NCBI RefSeq assembly: GCF_964355755.1
Contig: NC_092673.1
Location: forward strand, 24,053,648-24,117,647
Length of the DNA stretch: 64,000 bases
DNA from: Antedon mediterranea
Taxonomy: Eukaryota; Animalia; Echinodermata
Direction: 5' to 3'
Part shown: positions 25,403 through 37,260 of the stretch, one piece after another
How positions within the stretch are numbered: position 1 is the first letter of the stretch
How the letters are laid out: every line of letters starts with the position of its first letter
Translations under genes and position numbers: made by a program
The notes under the pieces: generated by a model
What the model saw: the letters and a program-made list of their open reading frames with translations, nothing else
Databases searched by the model: none
What the model was told of the DNA's origin: nothing

Positions 25403-26346
25403 TCTTTATGCCTATAATGTTGAAGTATTTTATCGTTTTGTGGGAACGCAAGCAATAACTTGTTTTGTTTGATTATGTTTTACAAACTCTGCAACCTGAC
25501 ATGAACAAGTTCACGTAAATTTATTTTATGAACATTTGTGGAACTGAAAACATAACACTTGAATCAATCTGGTATATAAAAGCTGAATAACTATAATTTT
25601 GTGTACAATTGTAATGGTTGTTGTATATTTCACGATGCTTAATAATAATTTATATACTTTTTAGTGAAGTATTGTCACGTGTGCTCCTTTTGAAGATTTT
25701 ACACTTTACTTAAGTGTAAGTTGCTCGAAAGTTGCTGCCCATTCGCGCATGGTGACAGAGATAACCGATAACCACGACTGTCACAACTTTCTTTATTGGT
25801 AATTTTGAATTTCGGCCCATATAAGTAAAAAATATTTTAGCCACACGTTTATTGATTGAAAATTATTGATTATGCAATATAATTAGTATTGTCGACTTGT
25901 ATCTGTATACGGAGAAGGTAATAAGAACTGTAAGTGTATTGTTGCTATTATACCATTGCCGTATTAATATTATTATTATTATATGTATTGTAGTTTTATG
26001 AGTATTGGACCTACATTAAATTCTATATTAAGAGTGTTAAATAAACATTTTATTAGAAAATAATACAATAATTACTTTAGTAAATGGAATGAAATTGTAA
26101 AAAAAAACCAAATGTTCGTTCTATGAATACGCATTATCTACTTACATTACTTAAATTTTTATCATTTTATTACTACTGACTATTAGGCTTATATATTTTT
26201 ATTTTTGTAACTGTGGTTTCACCGTTTAATAACGGCAATGTAATTATTTCATACTTAAATGATAATAGTTGCACAACAGTATATATAATACAATGATCTA
26301 ATGTGTTGACAATAGTATCTTGTTACAAGTACTGAACTAAACAACT

Positions 26347-27914
26347 ATGCAACTTGTTCATATTTGTACAGTTTTAGTTGGCTTAAGTTCAGCAGTGGCT
26401 GTGACAGGTTAGTAGTACGATCTAGCTTCAAGTTATTTATTGAAGAAACTTGCTTTGGCGTCAGAATGCCTTTTAGTAAATTCATTCGTTCACTTAAGGT
26501 GTTCGATAGAATTGTTCTAGTTCAGACTTAAGTTTATTATACATTAGCCTTCTCTGTTACAAATTGATAGTATTACATTACAGTTTTGGTTATTATAGCT
26601 CAAAAAGTAAAGTGTAGTAGGCCTAAGTTCGCCTTTCTTGATCTACCTGCTTTTTTCCACTAAGGTATAACGCCAGGTTTGAAATCAAAGATATTTACTC
26701 TAGTTAGCCGAAGTAATGATCTGGTGACAAACGTTACTGCTATTCGGTGCGCCCAACACTGTCTACGACTTGGAGATTACACATGTTCATATATAACAGT
26801 TAATGCGAAAAATAGAAGATGTGAATTCAAGAAAGAAAAAAATGAGTCTAGAACTGGAGTGAATTTGGAATATAAAGTCACTGTAAGTATTACTACGTTA
26901 ACAAATCTATGTTAATCTCTCGATAAATATCAAGTATACAAACTATATGCTATTATTTCATAATATATTTTTATTATGTGTTTTGTCTCTATATAGGTAT
27001 GGGACGGAATTGTTGTTAAAATATCACGTGATGTAAATTATGACGAAGCGTCTACTGAATGTCGTCGTTTGAAAGGATTTCTTGCTCCTTACGAAATACT
27101 GATATCTGCCATCAAGTATGGAATGAATTTGACGTGTGATATCTGTTGGCTGATTAGTGGCGAGGTTACGTTCAGTAACGACCAGACAATGTGTGAACTC
27201 GTTAATCCAGATCTGCGTTGTAATCTTTATCCGGATCGTACATCATTATATTCCTGTTTCTATTGTTACATAAACCCTATCATCATGCCTTTTGGAATAG
27301 ACTACCATTCTGACTGCAGAATACTGCATATTAGCTATGATAGCACACAGGGATATCACTACGCTGATGCAGAAACACGCTGTAGAGATGAGTTTAACGG
27401 ACACCTTGCGTTACCAATGGAGCTGTATAACGTTAGCGTAAATGGTGTTAAGTCGTGCGAGATAGCTTGGTTTTCAAATAACCTAATATCGAGGCCTGAA
27501 AACGCAGAAATATGTTGGGAAAACGCAATAACGGGAAATAAATTTAGAATTGTCGACCCCACCATTTATTACAAGCCAGCATACTGTTCATTGTTAAATG
27601 TAGAACCGGGTGCTTACCCATATCCAGATCATGGTGTAATATTTGTAACGCCGAAAGATTCGTTTAGGAATGTCTTGAATTACACGCAGGCTATGGAAAG
27701 GTGTACAGAAATCGGTGGTTCTCTTGCCTCTGAAAACCAGATGAGAGCAGCTAACCAAGCTGGCTATCAACAACTTAGAAGAGGATGGATCAATGACAAA
27801 TACGTTGCGTACTCTTGTGTACATGGTTGTAGTCCACTTGGAGTTACTGTTAGTAAGGGACAAAAATTGGAATCAAACCAAAATGATGCCTTTTGTCACA
27901 TTCCAAAAACCTGA
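26347..27914 (+). CDS. Secreted PAN/apple-like + three Link-like protein, copy B (~398 aa); exons 26347-26407, 26665-26882, 26997-27914
   Basis: Signal peptide MQLVHICTVLVGLSSAVAVT. Same exon phases as copy A, and exon 3 has the same length (918 nt) and a highly similar sequence. Confidence 0.87.
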
Positions 27915-28689
27915 ATTAACACATTTTTAGGCCTTTTTATTTTCTTGCGTTATACAATTATCAATGTATTATGATATTAATATCAATTAAAGTTAATTTA
28001 GTTGTTATCATTGATAATTATCAATGATGACCAACAATCTTGATTTGTGAAATCTTTTATAGGGTCTAATTAAGTCGTTGTTTATACAAATTAAATAATT
28101 GTGCGTTAAATTCATGTTCTTGTCGTGGCCAGGAAATATTTTTGGATAGTCATAGTCTAGCTCTATATTTATCTTTTTGATTTACTTTATATCCATTTTA
28201 ATATTTAAGCAAATGTATAATCAGTGTTCAATCAATAATCAAAGTGTAAGGCTTAATTGAATTTATGGTATTTTATAGTAAATTGAATAAAATCCCCTTT
28301 AACGTGGCAGCGATAAATAGATAAACATGTATCTTGCATAAAACAAACGAAATTAGAAAAGTTTTCATTCTAAAACAATACGATAACCATTTATGCTGTC
28401 TTGTATAAAAATCATATTAAATACAATTTTTTTAAAGGTTAGACAGATATGTCTATGGTTACCTTTCTCATGTTTGTTGTGACTAGGCCTATAAGAAAAC
28501 GGTTCAAATGCATTAACAATAAATCAATTTTAGGTGATTTTTTTTTGCTTAGGCCTAAAAGTATTAATTTCAAAAAAAGCCGCGGAGAAGTGCGCTTGGC
28601 GCAATGTCATAGACGATGGTGGATTAATATAATAATCATTTGTGAGTTTGAATCCAACGTTTGTCGCATCGCTTGTATCATCCTCCAAG

Positions 28690-28900
28690 ACTCTTCCAAG
28701 ACACGTTGGTTTGCCTCTCTCCACCCAGGTGCACAAGTGGGTACATGGTAAAGTTAAAACACAATTGCGCTGATTTCACTAGCTGCATTTATTATGGTAG
28801 TAAGTTTCCGGCATGTTTGATCCAAAAAATGACCAGGGTAATAATGTGAAGCGCTTAGAACCTTTGTGCAAAGCTCTATATAAAATGAGTATTATCATTT
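28690..28900 (+). mobile_element. Decayed SINE body with L2-like tail
   Basis: CTCTCTCCACCCAGGTG..GGGTAC core-like segment and a GTGAAGCGCTTAGAA..CTATATAAA tail. Confidence 0.4.
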
Positions 28901-29136
28901 TTTATTTATTGTTGTTTTGTGATAAAAAAATATAGATAAAGTAGGCCTACTTTAGATCGAATTTTATCAGAATACTTAATACGTCACATATGAGCATGCG
29001 CAAACAACCATGGTTACATCCTCTATGTTTTACGCATGTGCAAAAGATGCTATCACATTGATGTGCGTGTGGTTACCATAACTACACGTATACATACTTG
29101 TCCATTCATCGCATACTCGAAAAAACTAAAATAAAA

Positions 29137-29184
29137 ATGCCTTCTTTACTTTGCTGTTGCGGAAACAATAGTTCTACAGTCCAG
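29137..29184 (+). CDS. Alternative first coding exon 1a (MPSLLCCCGNNSSTVQ)
   Basis: AAAATG start, 48 nt, CAG|GTAAAG donor, phase 0. One of three diverged tandem copies. Confidence 0.6.
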
Positions 29185-29515
29185 GTAAAGTTTAAAAACT
29201 ATAAAATTGTTTGTATGGGGTTTAGACAATTTGAAAAAATCAAGAAAAAACTTGGAAAACTTAACATTTTTCTAGGGCTTCTAGCCTAGGCCGCGCCGCC
29301 GCCTTCCGAATCGAGCGTTAGGAGGTGCGTGTGAGAATTAAAGAAACATGGACGTGCTTTCCAATTCTAAGCTACACACCATCATGATTCGTTTGTGCGC
29401 ATGTGCAAATAGGCTCACAATAATGTGCGCATTGTTAAGTTACCATAAACTACGTACGCGTACATGGCCTATGAAGCAAAGTTTACTACATACTCGTTTA
29501 GAAAACCTAAAATAA

Positions 29516-29563
29516 ATGTTATCTTTTCTATGCTGTTGTAAGAACAATACCTCAAGAATCCAG
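29516..29563 (+). CDS. Alternative first coding exon 1b (MLSFLCCCKNNTSRIQ)
   Basis: 48 nt, CAG|GTAAAG donor, phase 0. Confidence 0.6.
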
Positions 29564-29997
29564 GTAAAGTTTTATAACTATACAAATTGGGAAGTATAAT
29601 TTTAAATAAACAATGAAGAAGAATGTAAAAATTTGACATTTTGCTTTGCCTCTCCTCCTCCTCCTCCTCCCTCCTCCTCGCTACTAGCTAAGCGCGCCTG
29701 CTGAATTGAGCCTTACTGCTGGTGCGCGCGCAAGGATGAAAGAAACACAAGGTCAGCAGCATCGGAGAGGAGAGAGCCTGTTTTTAGTGTGTATAATAAT
29801 AATATATGAGGCCGGCTGGCTCTCCTACACACTCTATCTTGATTTGGTGGTATGTGCGCATGTGCAAATAGTCTCACAATTATTGTGCGCATGGCAACCA
29901 TTAACTACGTACGCGTATTATAAAAATAAAATACAAAAAGTTACATACATTTCTTTCACATAAATCCGTACTGTACTCGAAGAAACCTAAAATAAAA

Positions 29998-32900
29998 ATG
30001 TTATCTACTCTATGCTGTTGCAAAACCAATTCCTCAAGAGTCCAGGTAAAGTTTGATAACTTATTCTTTTTTTGTTTGTAATAATACATACATTTGAGCT
30101 AGGAGCCTAAGTAGGCCTAGGCCTAGCCTAGGCCTAGTACACAACACAGTAGCCTACTAGGGCTAGAGCCTAGGTAGTAGGCTAGTAGTAGGCCTTAGGG
30201 CCTAGCTAGTAGGCCTAGTAGGCCTAGGCCTAGTACAGTAGCAGAAAGCTAGGGCCGCCTGCGCTGCTGAAAAAACGAGCGTTTGTACGTCGTTGGTGTT
30301 TGGTGCGCGCACGCACGTCTCGTGAGGATTGATTGAAACAAGGTGTCAGGGAGAGCTAGTAGGCTAGCTAGTCTAGGCCTAGTAGGCTATTCTATATATA
30401 CCCTAACTAGCTAGGCCTAGGCCCCTAGTAGGCCTAAAGGTAGGGCCTAGGCTAGGCCTCTTAGGGCTACTAGGAGGCCCCTAGGCCTAGCCTCCTTTTT
30501 GATCCTCTCTCTCTCTCTCTCTCTGTGAATAGAGACAAATTTCCATCCAATTATGTATTGTGGTCGTAATTTAACGAAATAATTTAAAGTATAGGCCTAG
30601 GCTTAGGCTAGGCCTAGCCTTAGCCTAGGCCTAGGCCCTAGGCCTAGCTGGGCATTTATTAGAGAAAAAGAAATTTTAATTAGGCCCTATATAGGCCTCA
30701 AGCTAGCTAGGCCCCCAGGCCTTCTATGCCTAATAAGTAATAGGCTAGGCCTAGAGGCCTAACTATCTAGGTTAGCCTAGGCCTATGCTAGTAATAATGT
30801 ATAGGCCTAGATTGTTTTATTTCTTTTATCAAATACAAAATAAAAAAAAAATTAAAATTGCTGTGTGTTCTCTAAAAATTAACAATCCAATCAAACAACA
30901 GTGCGCGAGGCCTATAGTATTAGTTTTAGGTATCTAAGAAAAGCTTTTTTTTTTAGATATAAAAATTATTATATCCAAATATTATTAGTTTTGAAATGAT
31001 ATTTTATTTTTATCTGTCTGTTTAATATAATTTTATTCTTTGTCTATATACTTCTTATTTTCCACAAGCATTCTGCTTTTTCTTTATCATACCTTCTTCA
31101 ACTGTTATCGGTTTTTTTTTCCCTAATGTAGTGTATATTCTTGTTTTTAAAAATCAGCCTTTCTTTAGATGCCTATTATTTATCCAAGGGATATGCAGAA
31201 CTATTGGTAAATAAAATATGTGTCTAATTTTATGTCACTGTGTGTTTATTTGTTTGTATCCTCATTTAATATATGTGTATTTCTGTATTTTCCCTTTTTA
31301 TAAAACTTTGTAACATTTAAATGATTTTATTAATACACTGATTTAATTTAATATTTTAAAATTTAATTTTCTAATTAATGTTATTAGATATTATTATTAT
31401 TTCAATTATGAATATTTTGTATTCTATTAATTAAATATGAACTTGAACTTTAAAAATAATTAGGCCTACTTAATCTAAAATAAATTTATAGCTCATATTC
31501 ATAATTAAAAATGTTAATAGGTATATACCTATATTGATTAATCTAAAATTATAATAATTATTTTTTTTTTATTTAACTTTCCTCAAGAAATGGAAATTAA
31601 AATGTTACTATATAAATCCTTGTTATTTTATACCATATCATAATGCATTGATTACATTTTCCAATCATGGGTTTTTTAATATTAATTAAACCAATAACTG
31701 AAAAATATAATAATTACATTTAATTTTAATCAATTTTTTTTTACATTTATTTTTTAAACAATTCAAATAAAGATAATAAATTTCTTTTTATTTAAAATGT
31801 GTTAATGTTATTAAATTATTTTTGTTATTGTTATTAACCTTAAATATTAAATAATATAAAAATATTATCACAATATTATATATTTATTGTTATTAAAGTT
31901 TTCAACTGTTGATTGATTTGTTTAATTGATTTGTTAATGTTACTAATAATACTAACAATACAATTTGAAATACTTCATGTTGAATTTTTTTTTTATTAAT
32001 TTGTGATTCATCAAAGTTGTTCATAGTTTGTTTTGTGGTTTGTGTTATTATTTCTTTGAAAAAGTTACTATCAATTAAAACAATAAAATAATAAACCTCC
32101 AGAATAATGACCAGAATTATGTGGTTTTACAAAAAGTCCCAAAACTTATTAAAATTAGTGAAAAGTAAATAACCATTATATGACAAAAAATTGTATAAAA
32201 ACGAATTTTTTCAGGGGACAATCTTTCAATTTAGTATTATTTGAGGGGTTTCAACTTGCATGGAAATATTTGTTTTTGATAAAAATATAACTTTGCACTG
32301 ACTAAAATTATTGATAAAATGTCAATGATCGTAATTTGATTTTTCTGTCTATCGAAAGACCTGTTTACATGATATATAAAGATAAATTATAAGTTTATTC
32401 AAACAACAAAATGTTATGTTAAGTAATGATTGCAATACTAATAGTTTTTATTGGTGTTTAGGTATTAGATACCATTGGACCAGCTGCCGCAGCTAATGCT
32501 GCCGCAGCTGAGGCTGCTGCTGCTGCTGCTACGCCAGCAGTGATCGCTGATGACCCCATATTATCAGAAAACCAGCATGTATTCCTTTCGTGGATAAGGA
32601 GGAGGCGGAGGAGAAGAAGAGAGAGTAGTAGTCGGCAGAGAGAGGAAAGTGATAGACAGGCTCAGTGGAGGAGCTATTACATGGGTGTGGGACCGAAAGT
32701 AGGCATAAATTGTTTTAACTATAATAACTGATCATTCAATTGAACTTCCATTGATAGATTGAGTATTTTTTTGTTATTAATTAAACAAATACAGTGGCAG
32801 ATCTAGGATTTTGAATTAAAGCAGGTTTGATTTTTTTTTTTTTTTGGGAAGGAAAAATGGGGTTGGGTGAGAGATGGTCTTGCAAGGCTTAATAAATGAA

Positions 32901-34855
32901 GTGAAGAACTTAACCTACTGTACATATGTGCCATTACCCTAGTATTGATGACATATTCAAATAATAAAAAAAAGGATTTTTTGGTGAAATAGAAGGGCAC
33001 TCCGAAAATGCTTCGCCTACTGTAAAATTCCCCCTACATAAAATATCACCAGAAAATTAATATTTAAAAAATGTTTAGTGTTAGTGTTGCATGTTAGACT
33101 AATTGCACTACACAACCTTGTGAGTTTCTTGTGGTTATATATCTAGCCTCTCACAGTTGAGATCTATGGTTCAATTGCTGCTGTGGACCTTTTTTTTATT
33201 ACTATTTTTTTATTATTATTAATTATTATTTATTCATTACCACATATCTGTGGTTTCAATTTGGTAAAGGTCTGGCAATAACTTGTTAAGTAATCCTACT
33301 AACTAACAAAAAATATAGAAACACACGCAATCGACTACATAACCTCTCGCCATTCTGGCGGAGGTAATTACAGACAGATAATAAAAAGAGTTAGTAGTAA
33401 TAAAGAAGTAGAATAGTAATTTTGTATTATGATATTGTAACAATTGACTGATCGATTTATTTATAGCCTATTGATGACATCGAAGATGTACCTACCATCA
33501 AACCAACGTTTAACACTCCGACAGTGGAACCAAGTGGGTGCCTATCGCCCACTTTCTCAACCACAACATACATTGTATCCTCTGTTGGAAGTGTTGAGAA
33601 TGTGCAAGTTGAGGAGAGAGGTATAATGCAAAAAAGCTAACTCAACAATGATCTACCCATTATAGTATGATAAACAAAATATTCAAGTAAAAAGTATTCT
33701 GTATTATAACACAATTACTAAGCTAACATTAGTGAATAATAAGTTGGAAAAATAACATGTTGTGTGTAATACACATAATGGAATACACAAATTAAATTAA
33801 TTTCTTTAAAAATAAAAAAAAATAAATTAAAAATATTCAAATGTATAGACAACATACAAAATAAAAAAATTAAACAAAGGATACTTGAAAAAACAATCTA
33901 AAATTAAACAAAGGATACTTGAAAAAACAATCCAAAATTAAACAAACAGAGATCAAACAATTTAAAATGCAACAGCATTGACCTAATTTAAAAGAGCATA
34001 CTGGGCAAGTATTAAATCAAAAATAATTTTCCAAAAATAGTACAGTAGTTATAATTAGAAATTAATAATATTATTTCATCATTAATTTTTAGATAGAACA
34101 TCTTCAGCACAACCCACCACACCCCAACCTCCTACCAGTGAAGTTGATCCAAGTGCATCCCCAGTGATGGATAGAGATTCCCCGAGTGGTTCGATCGAAC
34201 CAGATCCACTGGAAATGGCACGGAACATCTTAAATTCTGGAAAATGTGAATTTCCACCAGAGATTAAGGTTGCTTTTCCCCAAGCGCCCACTGAGAAAAG
34301 CTGGATCGACGTCCTTAAAGAACGTTTTAACTTAAGAAAGATGATTCTCAGACTAAGGCGACGATCCGGAAGGTCATCCGGTAGGTCATCTGTAAGTATC
34401 ATGCCTTTGGTGGTGTTTGTTTGTGGTGGATTTGGTTGAATGTAAAAGAAAAAAAGTACAATATGGACAAAGCACTAACTTTGGTTGTAATTCTAAATAC
34501 ATATATTATATTACATATAGGATGGTTGGTTTGGGTGAAATTGGTTTTTTTTCCTGTAGTAGATTTTAACATTCATTTTATTATAATTTTTATTTAAAAA
34601 AAATTAAAAGTTGTTTTATATAGTAAAAAACAAATGAATACACCAGAGTACTTTATATCAAAAGTACTTAGAAAATGAATAGATAATTTTTAATTTGTTT
34701 TACAGCCCTCCTTCGAAGATGAGCCCAAAGAACCGGATGACTTGCCTGGCGATTTTGAACGTGATTACAACTCCAACTTAAACGTAATCCATATTTCGTC
34801 GGGCATCATTCCAGACGAGGATGTAATCCTCCCTGGAATGGTCATGCCATACTAA
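29998..34855 (+). CDS. Unrecognised ~295-aa low-complexity protein with N-terminal CCC; exons 29998-30045, 32462-32698, 33467-33620, 34093-34391, 34706-34855
   Basis: Five GT-AG exons join in frame (phases 0,0,1,0) without stops: MLSTLCCCKTNSSRVQ / VLDTIGPAAAA..WIRRRRRRRRE..GPK / PIDDIEDVPT..EER / DRTSS..MARNILNSGKCEFPP..GRSS / PSFEDE..VILPGMVMPY*. A further donor at 34863 and acceptor near 35445 suggest a 3' UTR intron. Confidence 0.72.
30095..30810. repeat. Low-complexity CTAG/AGGCCT-rich tract
   Basis: Dense irregular TAGGCCTAG words. A similar tract lies at 49940-50115. Confidence 0.8.
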
Positions 34856-37060
34856 GTGTAAGGTAAGCAGTCGTTTAAACCACATCCTACATTGTTCTAA
34901 CTAGCATCAGTTTATTTTTTATGGCAAAGCACTAAATTGTCAAAATTAGCAAATCATACTTTAGGGGGGATGCGCGTCCCTTCCTGGATACGCCACCGTT
35001 GCTTAATAGTTATGATTAAGTATAAAATTATAATTAGTTTAGTTTTTGTTTCCAAGCTGTTGTGAAGATAATACAGTGTGGTTCTTTTTAAAATTATTTG
35101 CCATGGGTTTTTTCCCCACTACTATCTTCAAGATATAATTGATTCGAAAAAAATCCATTTAAACAATATGATTGTAATACAAGATGTACTATCAACCAAA
35201 AATCAAATTAAAAATATTAATTAAGCTATTATGATGATTGTATCTTTTAAAATTATTTGCCATTGGTTTTCTCCCCACCACTATTTTAAAGATATATTTG
35301 ATTAAATAAAAACCATTTAAATAATATGATTGCAATACGAGATGTACTATCAACCGAAAATCAATTATAAAAATTTTAATAAAGCTATAGAAAAAAAAAA
35401 TAGTTTACAGCCTATATTTACTGTGTTTCTATTCTTTTTTTTCAGGAATTGTTTTTGTGTAGCTCAATGGCGGTAAGTTTGTAGGGGAGAGAGAGGAGTG
35501 TGTTTTTCTTATGGTAGGTGGATGGCGAAACCTGTATATGACTCTTTCTTTCAAATCTCTTTACATATCTCTTGATTTGATGTGAAGTTATGAGCATGGG
35601 TTGTGTTATTTGTTTTGTGGTATGACTGATCGGTTATTTTGGTTATTTTTTTTTTACAGTAAGGTTGTGGGGAGTTTTAATTGGTTGCATTAATTAATCC
35701 TGATGCTTGAACGTGTTTTTGCCAAACATACAGGTTTATTATCATTGTTGTAACATTGGCTAAATTACATCTTTTATAATTTTAATGAATATAGAAGTAC
35801 TGCAAAAACACAAAACAGTATTTTAATGGTTACTAGTATAAGTCAGTGCATTTTTGTAACTAAATTGATGTTTGACAACATACGTTTTGGCAACGATAAA
35901 CCTATAAAACAACTTCTCTGTTAATTGAATGTACAGGCGCTATTTGTTACAGGTAAAGAATAACACACTGTTATTTGTAATTGTCTACAATGGACAATTT
36001 GCAAACTATTGTTTTCTATAGGATGTATTTTTCCACAAATTACTGACTATAGTTCAAAGGTCAATAGGGTTATCAATGTGCATGCCTATATTTATCCGAG
36101 TGGCGCATAATGCGATTGCGTTCCGAGTGAGTATGTCTTTGCTTATCAATGTTCAAATGAGCTCGTTTGCTGTGTTGTGGTCGGTTAGAGGAGTCTTCGT
36201 TTTGAATCTCATGGATTTGTTCGGCTCGTGAGATGCATTCGTAAAGCCTACAAGTGTTGCCTATGTTATGTAAGTAGCATTTGTCGGTAAAAAAATGCTG
36301 CAACTCGTGCCCGGTATTGATTTATTTTGTCTTTGACTTGCGCTTACTCCTGCATGGAAATTTCACCTTACGCGTTCTCTGATTGGTTAAATATTTTGAA
36401 CAATTATCAATTGTGATGTAATCTCACTATTCTCTCATTGATGTATGAGTAAAAGGTACAACAGGTAAACAAATACTAAGAAAAAGTGAATGATATTTAA
36501 CCAAAAAAAGTAGAAAGTTTATTAGGACATACAATACTGTACACGCTATAAAATAACCTACCTATAGTAAAATTTCCACTTTATAATAATGGCCCAATTA
36601 AATCTTGTCTTGTCCCATTATTAGATGACGCGTTTTATGTTCGCACAATGGTCTGTATTTGAGAGAGTGCACTTGCCCTTATATGTCAAAAAACTAGGTT
36701 CACTAATACTGTAAAAAAATAATAAAAGACATAATTTTATTCCATAAAAAATTTGATTGGTTTGTTTACATTATGCTTACACACTAAAATATGAAATTAA
36801 AATAAACTCTTACAAAATAAATTCAAATTAAACTGATGATGTTGAATATTGTATCTAGATATAATATTACATATCTCATAATTATCTCCATAAAAAAAGT
36901 CTGAGAAACCTCTTTCTTAGGTTGAACCGTTCTTTCAGAACGTCGATCCAGCTTTTCTCGGTGGGCACATCGAGAAAAGCAAACTGGTGGAAATTCACAC
37001 TTTCCAGAATTTAGGATGTTCATTGCTATTTCCATTGGATCTGGTTTGATTCAACCACTC

Positions 37061-37149
37061 GGGGAATCCCTATCTACCACTGGGGAATCCCTATCTACCA
37101 CTGGGGAATCCCTAACTACAACTGGGGAATCCCTATCTACCACTGGGGA
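37061..37149. repeat. 18-bp minisatellite x ~4.5 (GGGGAATCCCTATCTACCACT-like; encodes VDRDSP/V on - strand)
   Basis: Direct repeats are visible. The + strand paralog has a single copy. Confidence 0.85.
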
Positions 37150-37260
37150 AGCACTTGGTTCAACATATTCAGTTATTGTTTTTAGCTTCTCTCACTTCTA
37201 TAGCTAGTTTCCATTCACCATTGTACATGAGAAACAATGCTCTCTTAATACTGTAGCTAT

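Noticed and set aside
35083-35390. ~160-bp tandem duplication in the 3' UTR intron of the CCC gene
   Set aside because: An ordinary diverged local duplication with no coding or structural signal.
36073-36350. 76-aa His/Arg-rich ORF on the - strand
   Set aside because: No ATG start or recognisable motif. It might be a remnant exon of the inverted pseudogene, but I cannot support that.
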